Source: Lepidodermella squamata
Taxonomy: Eukaryota; Animalia; Gastrotricha
Length of the DNA stretch: 64,000 nucleotides
NCBI GenBank assembly: GCA_047495785.1
Contig: JBLDXI010000045.1
Span: 1 to 64,000 of the forward strand
Direction of reading: 5' to 3'
Each line of letters opens with the position of its first letter. Positions within the stretch are counted from its first letter, which is position 1. Made by a program: the position numbers and the translations under genes. Below the pieces are notes generated by a model. The model did no database searches, was not told where the DNA came from, and saw nothing but the letters and a program-made list of their open reading frames with translations. Below are positions 47,901 to 61,162 of the stretch, piece after piece.

Positions 47901-50315
47901 AGCAAAAAACAAACTCTAAAACCTTTGATGTTTATGGATATCTGCGAGTTTTTTGTTATTTTTATCGCGTTCTGATCCTTCGCATTATGAGTGCACGCGT
48001 GAACTAAATACGCAAGTCTATGAATTAAGTAGCTACGCGCAGCTTATTTTGAATCCTTCGCTCGTAGTTGTTCGTAGTTGCCTAATTTTTCGATGGATCA
48101 TAGTTTTACCTGAATTGCTAAATTTTTGGTCTACTATCCGCAGGTATTTGCAACCATTTGAGGAATTTTACCGCAAACTGGGCAGCACGATGGGTACCGT
48201 GGACGTGTGGGGCCGCACGCGTCACGCTTCACGTGGTGCATTCATGTCGACACGCGAGAAATCTCAAGCGCCGCCATCGCAGCCGCGAACCGACTCACGG
48301 CTGAACGGTTCCAGCGCAGCCCCGACTCCGACCTCAGCGTCCGCCCTACCCAAGCAGACGCCCCTAACCACTCAGCCACCTAACAAATCGCCCTCGTCGC
48401 AACAACTCGCCTCAGAGAAACCTTCTGCGACGGCGTCAACACCCCTCGGCGCCGGTTCTTCTCTTCTCTCCAGCCGCCGGTCATCAGCTATGGGTGAATC
48501 CGACTCAGGGGTGTCGGAGAAAATCACACCCGGCGCTGGTGTCAACAAACCTCAAAACAAGGACAGTGCTAGTCGGAAGGCAACAAGCCGTGAATCTCAG
48601 TCGAAAGACGAATCAGAGCTGCCGGAGAAGCGGAGAAGATCTGGAAGGGCGGGGCGGGGTCGGCCGCGAAACGGCCCGCCGAGCCACCGTGGCGCTGGCG
48701 ATTCCGAGGAAGAAGGTGAAATTTCAGACGACGACGCTAGTTCACAATCGGGCGACGACGCATCAGCCGCGTCGTCTACCAACGACTTCGGCAACTCTCT
48801 CATACCATCGGTTGCAGCAGCAGCCGGAATCGTACCTGGTAGCAACGCCCCGCTACCTCTCGACACTTGGGTCAAGGTGAAATGCGGCCGCGGTTCGGTG
48901 ACGATGTGTTACGAAGGCAAAATCACGAATAAGAAGCGGGAGGCTGACAATGAATACCGGTACCACATTCATTACAAAGGTTGGAATTCTCGCTACGACG
49001 AGTGGATCGTTGCTGGCCGCATCAGTGAGATCATAAAAATCGGCGATGAATCATCGACGCAGGAGCCGAGTTCTGTTAACCTCGTCAGTTCTCGGGCGAG
49101 TTCCGTCCCGAATTCCGTCGTCAGTGCTTCCGAATCTGATCTGGCTGGCTCTAATGATGAAAAACCGGTTGTCGAAACTGTTGTACCTGTTGTTGCTGTG
49201 AAAAAGGAGGAAGAATCGCCGGAGAAGGACGATAAGGCTAGCACGGCTAGTGGGCCGATTTCTGCTTCACCTGAGAATAAAGACACGACTGAAGTGTCTT
49301 CAATTTCGAAAGAAATCAAGCCTATCGCGACCTCAGCGCCGAATGTCCCCCGGAAACGAAAAGCTGAAGAGCAGCCGAGCCAGGCTACCGCGAAACCACA
49401 ACAAGTTCCTAGTGAGAAAAACGGCTCGACTGAGAAACAAAACGGCAAGGAGAAAGAAAAGGAAAAGGAAAAAGAAAAAGAGAAAGACAAGGAGAAGGAG
49501 AAGGAGAGGGAAAAGGAAAAAGAAAAGGAGAAGGAAAGGGAAAAGGAAAAGGAGAAGGAAGTTGTCGAAGCTATCGTTCCTGAAAAGCAAGCAAAAAGTG
49601 AGTTGTGATTTGTGAAGGCTAACTTTATTTCTAAGCCTTAATATTTTCAGACACTCCGGCTAATGTTACAGCAAGCACTCGCTCGACGAGAAGTAAGCAA
49701 GGCGACGACTTACCACCCCCTACCTCTGCAACCTCAAACGGCGTGACGCGCGGTCCTGGCGGGCGGCGGGGTGGTTATCGGGGTCACAGCCTGAAAGGAA
49801 TTCCCAAGGAAGAGCTTGCCACAACCGATACAAATTGTGAAAATGACAAGGGAAAGCTTACGAATCAACAGCTCAGTGCAGTCGCTGCTGCGATTGCTGC
49901 TTCTAAATCGCCTTCCAAAGTTGCAGCCGAACATCGTCGCTTGAATCGGCCAAATAAATTCAACTTCCATTTCGGTTAGTTCACTCGTCGTTTGCTTCAT
50001 CTCATTTTTTTACTTGAATCTTTCTTACCAGATGATATTGATAAATGTGCAAATCGCGAGGAGCGGGTTGCATTTGTCATGAGTAAAATCACTGAAATTC
50101 GTAATCTCTACGGTGATCTCAAAGCCAAAGTCGTCGATATAGACAAGAAGCGAAGGCTTTACAAAGCCTACTTGTCCTCTAACAAAAATCCACACAACTC
50201 TTCGGTCGCCGCTTCGACGAGCGTGAAGCAGCAAAATCAGAGCGGTGGGGACATGGCGCTGGGCCAGGTGACGATCGCCTCAGACACTAGCACCGCTGCC
50301 GTTACAAGGCCATAA
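44983..50315 (+). CDS. ARID4B: ARID4A/B-like chromatin protein (Tudor, RBB1NT/PWWP, ARID, chromo-barrel), multi-exon
   Basis: IGTEVSAKFKGAFCEAKI, VFNDGDEKSLKR, EERDRFVAQLY|FMDERGTPLNKAP, HYKGWNSRYDEW, C-terminal YGDLKAKVVDIDKKRR. Confidence 0.92.
49447..49560 (+). repeat. Purine-rich (K/R-E)n dipeptide repeat within ARID4
   Basis: KEKEKEKEKEKDKEKEKEREKEKEKEKEREKEKEKE. Confidence 0.9.
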
Positions 50316-51212
50316 TTCTGTTTTTCTAATGTGATGTGTCGTTTCATTTCTTTTTATCCCCGTTCACTTTCGTGCAACGATAAAATTCATGATGATAAAT
50401 ATTCATTGTAAATTTAAAAATGAAGATGGCCATGTTTACTTGTTGTGTTAAACATTCTCAGCAACATTTTATAAAGCCCACGTATATATTTCCAGATGCC
50501 GATTCGAAATGATGCTATATTGCGGAGGAAAATTAAGTGAAAAAATGTCACACCGTTATTACTGCTTGTCAGATGCGAAATGTGCTATTTACCTTTTATC
50601 ATCAAGGCGTGTGAATATTCGAACTGGAGAAAATTGTTCTACTTTTTCCCAATGATGCTATAAATGTGTATTATTCTACTTATTAGCCTGATGTTCTGTT
50701 CTTGTTCTGGCTTCAGCTATTTCTAACTGAAAATTACCGAATAATACTTTGCACTGTACCGAGAGATGTGCTGGTCGTTGCCCTTTTGTACCGATTGTTT
50801 AATTTTGGACGCGTTTTGCTCTCTCTCTCGCTCTCTCATTCTGCCTTTATCTATATTGTTATATGAATATAAGACGACGAAAAAGTGTTTCAAGATTACT
50901 TTAATGGTTATAATGTGAAGTTTGCGGCGCTTTTCGGCTGTACACCGACTCCTTTTCGAATGGAATCGATATCTTTACAGTGGTATTCGAGATGCACACA
51001 TACCCAGTTTGAAAAAATAAATTTACGGCTCATTTGAACGATCGGGACTGATTTATTGCGCAGAAATTAGGTATAAAATGATATAATTATCAGACTTATT
51101 TACTAACTATTCTGAAAAGAAATGAATGAAAATAATCCAACGAAGATAGGAATGATACTCGGGCACAGGTTGCAGTTATTATCCGGTTGATGGCATACGT
51201 AATTTGCCGGTA

Positions 51213-51786
51213 TTAGCATGGCTTGTAGTACATCAATGAGCTTTGATACTTGCTCGTCGGGTGATGTCTTGGCGGATTCAACAAGACTCCTCGATGGGGG
51301 ACGCAGACCTTCGTCTCCACTCTGGCTCTCTCTTCCACGTTATAGCTATTGAAAACAACCATTTACTTCGAAATCCTCCAAAACAAATTCAAGATATATA
51401 ATTTACCTGAGCTGCTCCTTTTTCTCCCAAAACAGGTTATCATCGTGCTCAAAATGAGGAATGCCGCCAAGTTCAGCATTGGTAACGATGTGATTGCGAT
51501 TTTTCATGTCATTGCGCCAATCCATTACATACAATCGTGGAATCATCGGATGCTGGTGCGAATGAACTGGAACCCTATCAGTTATTTGAATAATTAGAGT
51601 TGAATTCGAAGGGAAATTGAAGACTTACCTCGTGACGTGATGAGAGGGACCTTGTCGGAAATGGTTATTCTCTACATTTTTCCTTGTAGCTTCACCTGGC
51701 AGTTTACAGCAATTGAACTCGCCGTCGGATAGTTTGTTTGAGCAGCATGCGGCTGCGGGGTAGTTTTGATTGCCACAACACGCCAT
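51213..51786 (-). CDS. TEX43: TEX43/SPMIP10-like microtubule inner protein (3 exons; absent from the ORF track)
   Basis: Spliced HPMIPRLYVMDWRNDMKNRN...AELGGI...DNLF...PRHHPTSKYQSSLM resembles TEX43 GMIPRRYVMPWKENM.FRN...AEVCGI...DSLF...PLHSPLSRYQSTV. Confidence 0.8.
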
Positions 51787-51999
51787 ATATTAATTCAAAT
51801 TTATATAAACTAAAATAGGATAGACTATTTATATAAACTAAATAGGGGCGAATATCTTTCAGGCGAAAAATAGTCATTTCCACTTAGAGATTTGAGATAG
51901 TGAGGGTATTTTGAAGCGAGAGAGCCGGACATGGTAATCAAGGGGATCTTGCACATTGGATCAAAAAACGAAGGACGAATTACGCAAATAAGAACAATA

Positions 52000-52310
52000 A
52001 ATGAGAACATTTTTTTAAAAGCTAGGTAGTGAGATGTAACAAAAGAATGTGATATAAGTCCGCAGATTTTTCTTGCTTTACCAGCAATATAGTTATAATG
52101 CAACAAGAAAGTTGAATTTTGCCAATGACGACACCAAGGTCTGAAATATTACCGACTTATGATATTTCGATACCGTTTATAGAGAGCTTGGTGTTGGGAT
52201 TTGTTGATCCACTGTGCAAGACTACGCGTTTTCATGGCGTTTTCGTGTTTATAGCCAGCTGTTGCTCTCCACGGAAGGAGAAGACAGAGCTAATGTTTAG
52301 CTTTAAGAGA
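52000..52310 (-). mobile_element. Degenerate non-LTR retrotransposon (CR1/L2-like) RT C-terminal fragment
   Basis: QQLAINTK...VVLHSGSTNP...SINGIEISYVGNISDLGVVI...HYNYIAGKARKICGLISHSF, with an in-frame stop. Confidence 0.55.
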
Positions 52311-52622
52311 GATGGATTAGTGGAAAATTTAGTATTAGAGATAGAATGTAACATCCATTGCATACATTGTTTTCAACACAATGCTTGACGACAGAATGCA
52401 AGTTTTCAACCCTACTGACGGGTCAAACTGGGATCAGTGCACATTCAACATGCGTTCCAGGAGATCGAAATGAAATGAATCAAGGTTACAGTCATTGCCA
52501 TCAATATTTTAGCACATTTGTGATTTGTGAGTGCTTATTATGTTATGTTATGATATGATATGCAAAACTAAAAGAGATTTGGCGACTACGTCTTAGCTTG
52601 GCAGCTGATAACCAAGGAAGCT

Positions 52623-52636
52623 GTCGTCATGACAAC
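52623..52636. promoter_or_regulatory. Candidate RFX X-box (GTCGTCATGACAAC)
   Basis: Near-palindromic match to GTTGYCATGRCAAC, upstream of the ciliary TEX43-like gene. Confidence 0.4.
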
Positions 52637-53247
52637 CAAATAAAACTATGAAAGAAATTAAAAGCCAAATTCAAACAAATATTAAGATGTATTTGTATTT
52701 TGTGTGTGATGATCTAAAAGCTAGTAAAAACCAGCGCGCATCAGGATTTTTTGAAAAAACCTAGTGGAACTCTCCTTTCTTTAACGATGAAGGTGTCGTT
52801 TTATTCTTGGCGATGACAGATTTGGAGGATTTGGGAGCAAGTTGGCTACCCACCCCCGATTCTTCCCACTCTAATCGAGATTTGACACCGTTGGATGAGG
52901 TGCCGAACCCCGCTCGAGTTTATCTAAGCCTGATAGATGATAGATGGATAGTTTCCGCGTTTTACTCTCCTCAAAGCGGTGGCTACGCTAAGAGAATGCA
53001 GTAGTATTCTTTAATCTAAAAGCCTGTTGCATCTATTTTGCCCTAAGTAGCATTAATTTTTACGCGAAATACGACAATCTGTTCTTTACTTGGTGCCTGT
53101 AATTTTGTCTGAGCAACTCTTTAGCCTCGACATAACGTCGACCTGACCGGATAAATTAATACCTTTTTAAAACTTTTACTTTTGTAGGATCTTATTCTGC
53201 TGCTAATTGAGGAAAAGTAACATTAATCGGAATTAGAGCGCTATATC

Positions 53248-55061
53248 ATGTCCGACGAAGATGACGATTTTGAAATCGAACGAAAAGCAAAAAGAAACTT
53301 CTTTGACGATGGGCCTGCAGAAAGGAAATCGGAAGGCAAGTTATGTCGTAGTTTTCTCGTGCAATGTAATAACTTTTTTATTGGGTTGATAGCGAGAGTT
53401 TCTGGATCGTCTTATACAAGCCTTCCGGTAACTTCAACAGCCGCGAGAAGCTCCGCACCGGCGAAAGATAATTTTACACCAGTGGATGGAATTCGTCCTC
53501 CAGGACAATCGGCTCCGAAAACAACAACCAGCACAGCAGCTGGAAACGGCTCACATCGCGAGAGTTCCCCAGCTTCTCAGCCCGCTCGCCCAGCAGCAAC
53601 TGCCAATCTTACTAGAGACAGTGCTTCCATGCCTACTTTCGGTGGCTTTCCAGTGCCCGCTGACGTTCCAGCGAATCGGCAACTGACAGCTTTAGCTCAA
53701 GCAAAAGCTTCATTAAACAGCGAGCGCAGACAGTCATTAAGCTCAGCTCACCCACCGCCAATTACTAGCGCAAGTGAGGCAGTGAAGATGTTACTATCTG
53801 CATCTGATATCGATCAACGGGAGCAAAGAAGCGGTAATGCTACTGTTTGTCTGGAAAATTTTAGATCTCTGGCATCTAAAAGGAAGCTACTAGGCGCTGC
53901 GATGGGCACCCATGATGGCAATATTATTTTGACTGTTCTGCGATTTCTGAAAAATACGCTTGACTTTGAATTATTCGTCCCTATGATTCAATCTGACCCC
54001 GACGCCGCAAGGCAATACCTTAATTATTTGAAGCAATCAAACAATCAATTTGAATACGAGCAAGTATGCAAGCGCTTGGAAGTTGTTGACCCATCAACCT
54101 TGGAAAAGGAAAATATTGATGGAGCTACAAAACTGGCGCTTGAAATCAAGCAGAAATCAGTCTTGGATAGATATCTCGCTGTCGTTAGTTCAGATTCTTA
54201 TGAGAGGAGGAAAGACGCTCTCTACAAGTTTGCTAGTTCCGAAGCGGGAAACTCACAGTTGCTGGCTGATTATGCCAAGAAATCAGCTATCCTGTTAGAA
54301 GTTCAGCTTAAGCTCGATGTAAGCTAATTTTTCGCTTATTGTGGATATTATTTACCTTCTATCTTAACAGGCCGTCGAAGCCATTGAATCCAAGAGCCAA
54401 AGTTTTGTTTACTCCGAATTTCCACTTACTGGTCTAATTGCTGGTAAAACATTGGGCGAAACATTGCGCCATTGTGCTATCTACCACCTGTCTATGGACC
54501 CGAATGTTTGCCCGAGCTGTGAGAAGAAGGAACTGCCAATTCATCTTAATTCGGCTTGTCTTAAAAAAGCTTTCAACGTATCGGACAAAGTCTTCCAAAT
54601 GTCTGTGACTCGAGCTCTGACATTGAGCCGTCGTTACGAATTGATCGATAAGGTTCTTGCTCCGAAAGGAATGGCCAGCTTGTTTTCTAGTAGCAAAAAG
54701 GTTAAACCAGCGGTTGCGCCCGATCGCGTCATTGATGTTATTATGCATACGATGAAACAATGCAATCGACTGGGCATGTCATTGCCCTCAAACATCCGTG
54801 CTTATTTTTCCCATATTGAAGACCCTGATACTATGGAAGCTGTTGCCAGGGAACACCAGCTTTACGACATCGTCACTGAGGTGCGAATTTTACTTATTTG
54901 ATGAGAAGTCAAACTATTGTTGACCATTATTCTAGGTTTATTGCCAAAGAAGAGATCGTCAACGTTTGGTGCAATTCATACCATATATTCCAAGCACCCA
55001 CTCTGAACGAGAGCGAGCTGAGTATAGACTCCGCGATCCGTCAATTAAATGGAAAAATTAA
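53248..55061 (+). CDS. VIPAS39: VIPAS39/SPE-39 (VPS33B partner), multi-exon
   Basis: LENFRSLASKRKLL...HDGNIILTVLRFLKNTL...ARQYLNYL; C-terminal IKWKN. Confidence 0.88.
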
Positions 55062-55513
55062 AACTTACCCGATTGTTGAATTCCGCCGCGATGATTATTG
55101 TTAATTTATTCGAATAATGGCAAGGCCAATTTTCCTTCAGTATAACTTTATTTTGCTAATGTAAAAACTTTCTGTTCTTGAATTCCAGCTGTTTTACTTC
55201 AAATGCAATTGCTTAGCCATAAATGGTGCAATAGGAAAATAAAATGATTGCGGCTCTTGTATTCAACTCATTTTTGAAACGCCATATATTTATTTCGTTT
55301 GGAATTCGAATAGGAGAAACTGTGTATGTATAAACTTTGAAATTTGAATCAGGTAGGTAACAAACATAAACAACAATGTCGTATGCCAGGAAATATCAAA
55401 TAAGCCAGCGTGAGATATCAGCAAATAAGTTTTTAGATTTGTTTGTCAAAATACTGTCAGAACACCGGTTCCATTTTAGCCATCATAATAGCTTTTTGTA
55501 TGAGCACCCATGA

Positions 55514-56650
55514 TCATATACCGCATGGAGCGCAAGGCCTGAAATTTAAATAATTGGCTATAGATTTCAACAAAAATAGAATCGAGAGCTATACCTGTAT
55601 CCAACGAAGTCGTCAAGAGTTTCATATTCACTCAAATCACGATGGTGAATGCGGAGGGCGAATGAGTGATGAATCGGGCGATTGCGACGCCAAACTGGAT
55701 GTTCAGGACAAATAGAAGCCATTACCTGAATTACATAATTGTTGTTTTGCAATAGTTATTAAGAAAAAGTAGGTAAGCAGCGCACCGCCTCGCACGAACG
55801 GCGACTGACCAAAGCACGAAAATTCATTCTCTTCCAAATACGCTCACGTTCGCGCAGGAAACCTCCGCGCAACTGCCGCCATCTGCGGCCCAGAGCCAGG
55901 GGTAGAATATCTAAAACGACGTCTACATGAAAACCATGTCAAAATTTGAAATACGATATAACAGCACCTTCTTTCCAAGTTTCTTCATCCTCTTCCATGT
56001 CATGAGCCAAATACAACAAAGTCAGAAAGTTTCTTGGTGTGTATTCCTCGATTCCCATTGCAGCTCGTTTGAAATAAAGAAACACCATGGCGATCAGGTA
56101 CTAGCAGAAGAATTAAACATAATGAAAATAAACATCAAGCCAAAAATTGAAACCTTGTCTGCCAGCTTGCAACAACGATCAAACCTGAACAACGATACCA
56201 TTGTTTCATTCGAAATCAGCGAGACAAATGCGCTCAACTCCAGCTCTTCGACGCTGCTAAAGCGACAGATGTGCAAGTTATGGACGCTCTGACCCTGCAT
56301 TATTCCTAGCCAATCAAAGATGCGTTCGAACTGTGCAAGAGGGCCATCTAAACTTGAGCTGCGAGTTGTTGAGTCGTAGTTTCGATTTAAATCACGACAA
56401 GGTATTTGAGCTGCAAACATCTTTGATTCCTGAGGCACTTTGAAGACTTTATGACTAATGGCAAATAATGGAGCCTCTAAAAAAATAATTTAGTTTCTGT
56501 TATATTCTCGTTAACTCCAGTCAGAAACTCCACTGGTTAAATCTCCAACCATCTAGCATAAAGATACTCAACTGCAAGGCCTACACCACTCCGTTCAACG
56601 CTCACCATGTAAGAAAACAAATACCATTGATCCTTACAGAATGATGGCAT
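55514..56650 (-). CDS. SPDYA: Speedy/RINGO CDK activator (multi-exon)
   Basis: DRCCKLADK|YLIAMVFLYFKRA...LYLAHDMEEDEE..K|DILPLALG..W...RALVSRRSCE|VMASICPEHPVWRRNRPIHHSFA. Start codon tentative. Confidence 0.88.
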
Positions 56651-58036
56651 CTGAAAATTAGCGATTGAAGCCCATGATTCTTGAATATCGCACAGCTCGC
56701 TTTAATCAAACTTTACGCATTTGCTACTTAAGAATGCACCACCTGGTGGCTGAAGGTACGTCGAATAAGACAGACGAAAAAGATGATGACTTATTTTCGA
56801 GCGCACGATTGTCAACTTAGAATCGATAGGATCAGGGATCGGATATCAATGTGGGAAAGCTACGGGATATGAAATAGGAATACCCTGAACAGACTACAGC
56901 ACTGAGAGCAATTTTACGCGTTACGTTTTGCTTTGTTGTTTGTTTGTTGTCCATTTTTCCAATGCAAAAAAGCATAACGCGTGACAAAAACGGGTAAAAT
57001 AACGCGTTACAGAGCATAACGCGTTAAATTTATTACAGTGAGACGATCCTGATTTCACAGATGCAGAATCAGATGCAGATTGCCGGAAATTGATCGATCG
57101 TGAGGGAAAGTGGACTATAAACTAAATTCAGCCCGTTTGAAGAACACAAATAAACTTCATGATTCATGGGGATGCCTATTAGGTATATGTCAGGAGACAT
57201 ATTTCTCTTTCTTTTTTCTACTTCCTGCCCGCTCATAAAATAGGCGCAACAATTAAAAGGAGCTGCTAACAGCTGACTTCGGCTGTTTCAGATAGGACTC
57301 AAGGCGGCAGTATACAGGGGGAGCACGCGGTACCGAGCCAGATTTTTGAAAAGCGAGCCATACGACAACTTCAAGGTCGATAAATGTTTTTGAATGAATT
57401 TAATAATAATATAGAAATATAAAAATAAAAGTAATAAAATGCCAATTCAGGGTCGCCTTTTCCTGCTGCAGCTGATGAATGCACGTGACCTGTAGAACCC
57501 GGAACACGGATCGAAGAGTTGACCTGCCCAATCAACGCGCTTCAATGCGTTAAATGAAGTTATACGTGTTTCATATCTTGGTAAGTAGGTCCACCCAGCA
57601 ATTTCATAAGTGTGGCGATGCGATCACACACCTTTAGTTTCTTCAGTGTTGCCAAAATGAACGCATGCGAGAGCTGAGAGCTGAGGAATGCCAAGGACTC
57701 CGGAAGGTCTGGTATGTCGCCTTAATTGTCATCGGATTCATTACTCATGCTCTATCAGCTGAAAGCGAAATCTCATTTGAAAGCGGGTTTCTCGCATTTG
57801 CAAGAGACATGAGATACGCGGGCTGTTACCAGCTTATGCCAGGTGACAGGATCGTTAGATCAGCAACATCCACTGAGATTACAGACTAACCTCTCTAACC
57901 TAGATAACTAACTTTCACATATTCGGGATCTTGCATTTGAAGCTTCGATTTGTAATGCCCCAATAAATTAGCTGGAAAGTGAATTGGATCTGAGACAGAC
58001 GTTGCCACGATATAAAATTTTATGTATCTTCAGATC

Positions 58037-59619
58037 TCACAAAACCAATGAAATAAAGAAGGAGACGTGTTCAGCAAACGCAACAACGCAAAGAAAAACG
58101 GGTATTGCTACATTTCCAGGTTTCAGCAAAAAAGCTGCTGCAGCACTTAACCAGCGATGCAATTTTGGAAATCGCCTACCGAAGCCGCTCGTAGTTTGAC
58201 GGGAGCAAGCCCCAAACGCGTCGCCGTCATCCTCGTCGAAGTTGACCGCGCGAGGTTGCTGTGTTGGCTTCGAGATGATAAACTCCGGCTGTTCGTCTAT
58301 GAAAGGCACCATTAACGGCGATGATGTGCTCTGGACTACCATATTCTTCTGGTGGCTCCGATTGAAGTAAGTTGTCGTTGCATCAGTGCTAACTGGAGCC
58401 ACTTTTTTGCGGCTATTCTTAGGGAAACAACGGCTTCCAAACCCAGATATCATAAGGGAATGAACAAGTGAAAGAGCACTTAGGGCTAAATAAAAGTTGA
58501 TGTGGGCAACAAAGTTAATAGAGAGCGGAGACGATAAATAGGCAGATATTTGCTGTGAAATAACATATTCAATCAAAACCCAGCCAACGGCCACTGCAAG
58601 CTGAACCCCGATGCGCTGGCCATTGCACGACATGGGCAGTACAAATGTAGCAATTAATAAAGCAACAAGAAGTATACATGGTAAGATAACTGTGGCAATA
58701 TAAGATGCCCATTTTCGCCGCAGTACAATTGAAAAGTTAGCCATTGATGAGCAATAAGCACGATCATCTGACATCGCAAAGCAAAGTTTAGAGATGTTGG
58801 AATGCATCTTGACCAACTGCCAGGGCATTTGCTCGCTGGTAAATGGCATGAGATCGTCGGCTTGGGATATTTCGATGCCAGTGAAATTGGCGTAGTCTTC
58901 AGTGAGCCAGGAGAGAAACGTGAAGACGCATTCAGTTTCATCAAATGGAAAGTTGCGGTGGTTCATTCCCGCACATCGCGTTGTCCACTCTCCAACGCTA
59001 TTCCTCTCCACTAAACCAGCTCCATTCACGTTGAAGATTTCTACGGGCAGGTGACGGCTATTGCTCTCGACAGCCTGGAAATTACGATCTCAATTTCAAG
59101 CTAAGGACAAAGTCTACGCCTTACCTGAAAGTTATTAGCACTGTTGAGGTGGACTATCGGAATCTTATAAGGGAAAACTTCAGCTTCCAGCGAAATATGG
59201 TCTCTGTTCGAGAATATAGGAAGCTTAGTCAGCTTTGAAGCTTCTCGCCAAATGCAGTCATCTCGCCAGTTGTAATAAAGGTCTGCCATTACTGTAGCCG
59301 TTTGCATAGCATCGTCGACATCTTTCAAGTTGTAAATGTAGAATCCAACGCCAATTTTCATCCCGGAATTCGCATCAGTTGTTTTCTTCGAAGTGCTAAC
59401 GCAAGACGAATACCCGCCCGACGTTGCTGCGGTTGAAGACATGTAGACATTCGATCTTAGACCGCCTTGTTTCGTCTGAAGCGATACCGCAGAGTTGGCT
59501 GAGTCTATTGTAGGCCCGGTGGCTCTCATTTTCACACGATGGATGTTGATGGTGTTGATGGCTTGGATCGAGACAATTTGTATCGCGATGCCAAGAACTG
59601 CCGCGAAGGTTGCTGCCAT
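58037..59619 (-). CDS. Divergent Cys-loop ligand-gated ion channel subunit (nAChR-like), 2 exons
   Basis: Signal peptide, YNWRDD, Cys-loop C...FPFDETEC..TFLSW, pre-M1 LRRK, ILPCILL, four TM helices. Confidence 0.85.
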
Positions 59620-60530
59620 TCTAATCAATTTCACTCTATATTGAGTGGTCAATGCATATACTAGTAAGAATACAATAAGGCTACACAGCAAGGTTTCAGT
59701 GCAAGTCGATTCTTTGATTTTCAAGGTGGGAGGATGCGTGTAATATTAAGGTGCCAAAACAAGCTCAGCGGGGTGTTTTTATCGTGAAAGGAAATCAAAT
59801 TACATGTGGGCTCACAAATCGATGTGAAAGGCTTGCACAAGTAAAATTGGCGCTAATAGAATAACAATGTAAAAGCTGTCAAATCGAGGTATCGAATTCG
59901 GTATATCTTATTTTTAAGGAATCACCATCGCACTTTGCAGGGGTTTTTTTTATAGGCAATATTTTATCGTGACGCTAATCATATCACAATTTTCTCTCTG
60001 TCTCCGTGCATGACCGGTCAACACGCGTACTTTCGCATAATTTAGTGCGGAACAAATCTTGCGCGGATGGCAAAAAAGTTTGCCAGCTCAAAATGTGACA
60101 CTTTCTGCGCGTTGCGACACAAAAAAAATCAATCATAAATGAATGGATAAAGCCCTTCGGGTCCCGCATTTTCTTCTCGCTCATGAGTATCGCAGCCCCT
60201 AAAAAAATACCATAGAAATGCGACGATGATGATGATGAAAGAGCGATTATGCCGAGACGATAGGAAAAAAGGTTCACTCCGATCTAGCCATTTAGCAAAG
60301 GCTATTGTTGTATTAACGCAATTTTTTCATCAAATTTATGGAAAACGTGTTATGCCATTCTACAGCTGCCACAGAAGAGCCGAAAACAATTTCGGCAAAT
60401 TATCGTTGTCCTGAGATTTTTCGCGATATCTAGGCAATAATTTTTTTCGTCCATCGTTATTTTATTAGCTTTTTTTGTGGTTTAAATAAAAATAATAATA
60501 ATTAATAACACTTGAAAATGAGCTCCGCGA

Positions 60531-61162
60531 TCACTTGACAAGAAGTGATAAGAGGACACATAAATGTTCAGATCTATTGTCGCCGATTTGTTTGATTTTA
60601 ATGACAGTGCGAATCTGAAAAATATAGAAAAAAATAATTCTCGATCGCGTTATATACCTATAATATAGACAAACCGGAGGAGCAGTTATTGGAACTGTGA
60701 GCACTTCATTGTAGACGTAAACTTTCCCAGCCGTTATGGGACACCCTGGCGACACAGATTTGCAGCCGGGCCCTAGTTCGACGTCGTCCCATTTGACCTG
60801 ATTTTTTTTAGATTTATTTAGAAATTGATAATCGATTGAGATGAAATAAATTACATGAGCTCCATTTAGGATTGCGAACCACGTCGTCGTCAAATTTTTG
60901 TGATTCGAGGCCGCGAAATATTCGACTTTGGCTGTGTAGGTCTCACCTCTCATGACCGTTGGAGTGGCTCTATTGTCTGTTCCTTCGAACACGACGCTTT
61001 TGACAACGGAACTTCCTATTATCAACATGAAGCAATTGATAAATTGGATTTAAGGTGAAAAGTATATTTACCACAAGATCGAAACTTGATTCTGGCATGG
61101 GAAGATGAAATTAAAATAAGGAAAATCGCCGCTACACCTAATGGTTTACGAATTTCGAGCAT
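60531..61162 (-). CDS. Secreted ML/NPC2-like protein 3 (4 exons)
   Basis: Signal peptide, IKFRSC|G, EGTDNRATPT, GCKSVSPGCPI, HLCVLL. Confidence 0.85.

Noticed and set aside
48993-49590. Phe/Ser/Leu-rich minus-strand ORFs resembling membrane proteins
   Set aside because: Antisense of the ARID4 KE repeat.
57665-57889. Hydrophobic ORF with YAGCY (WSC-like start)
   Set aside because: The remaining WSC cysteines are not found and stops follow; insufficient support.
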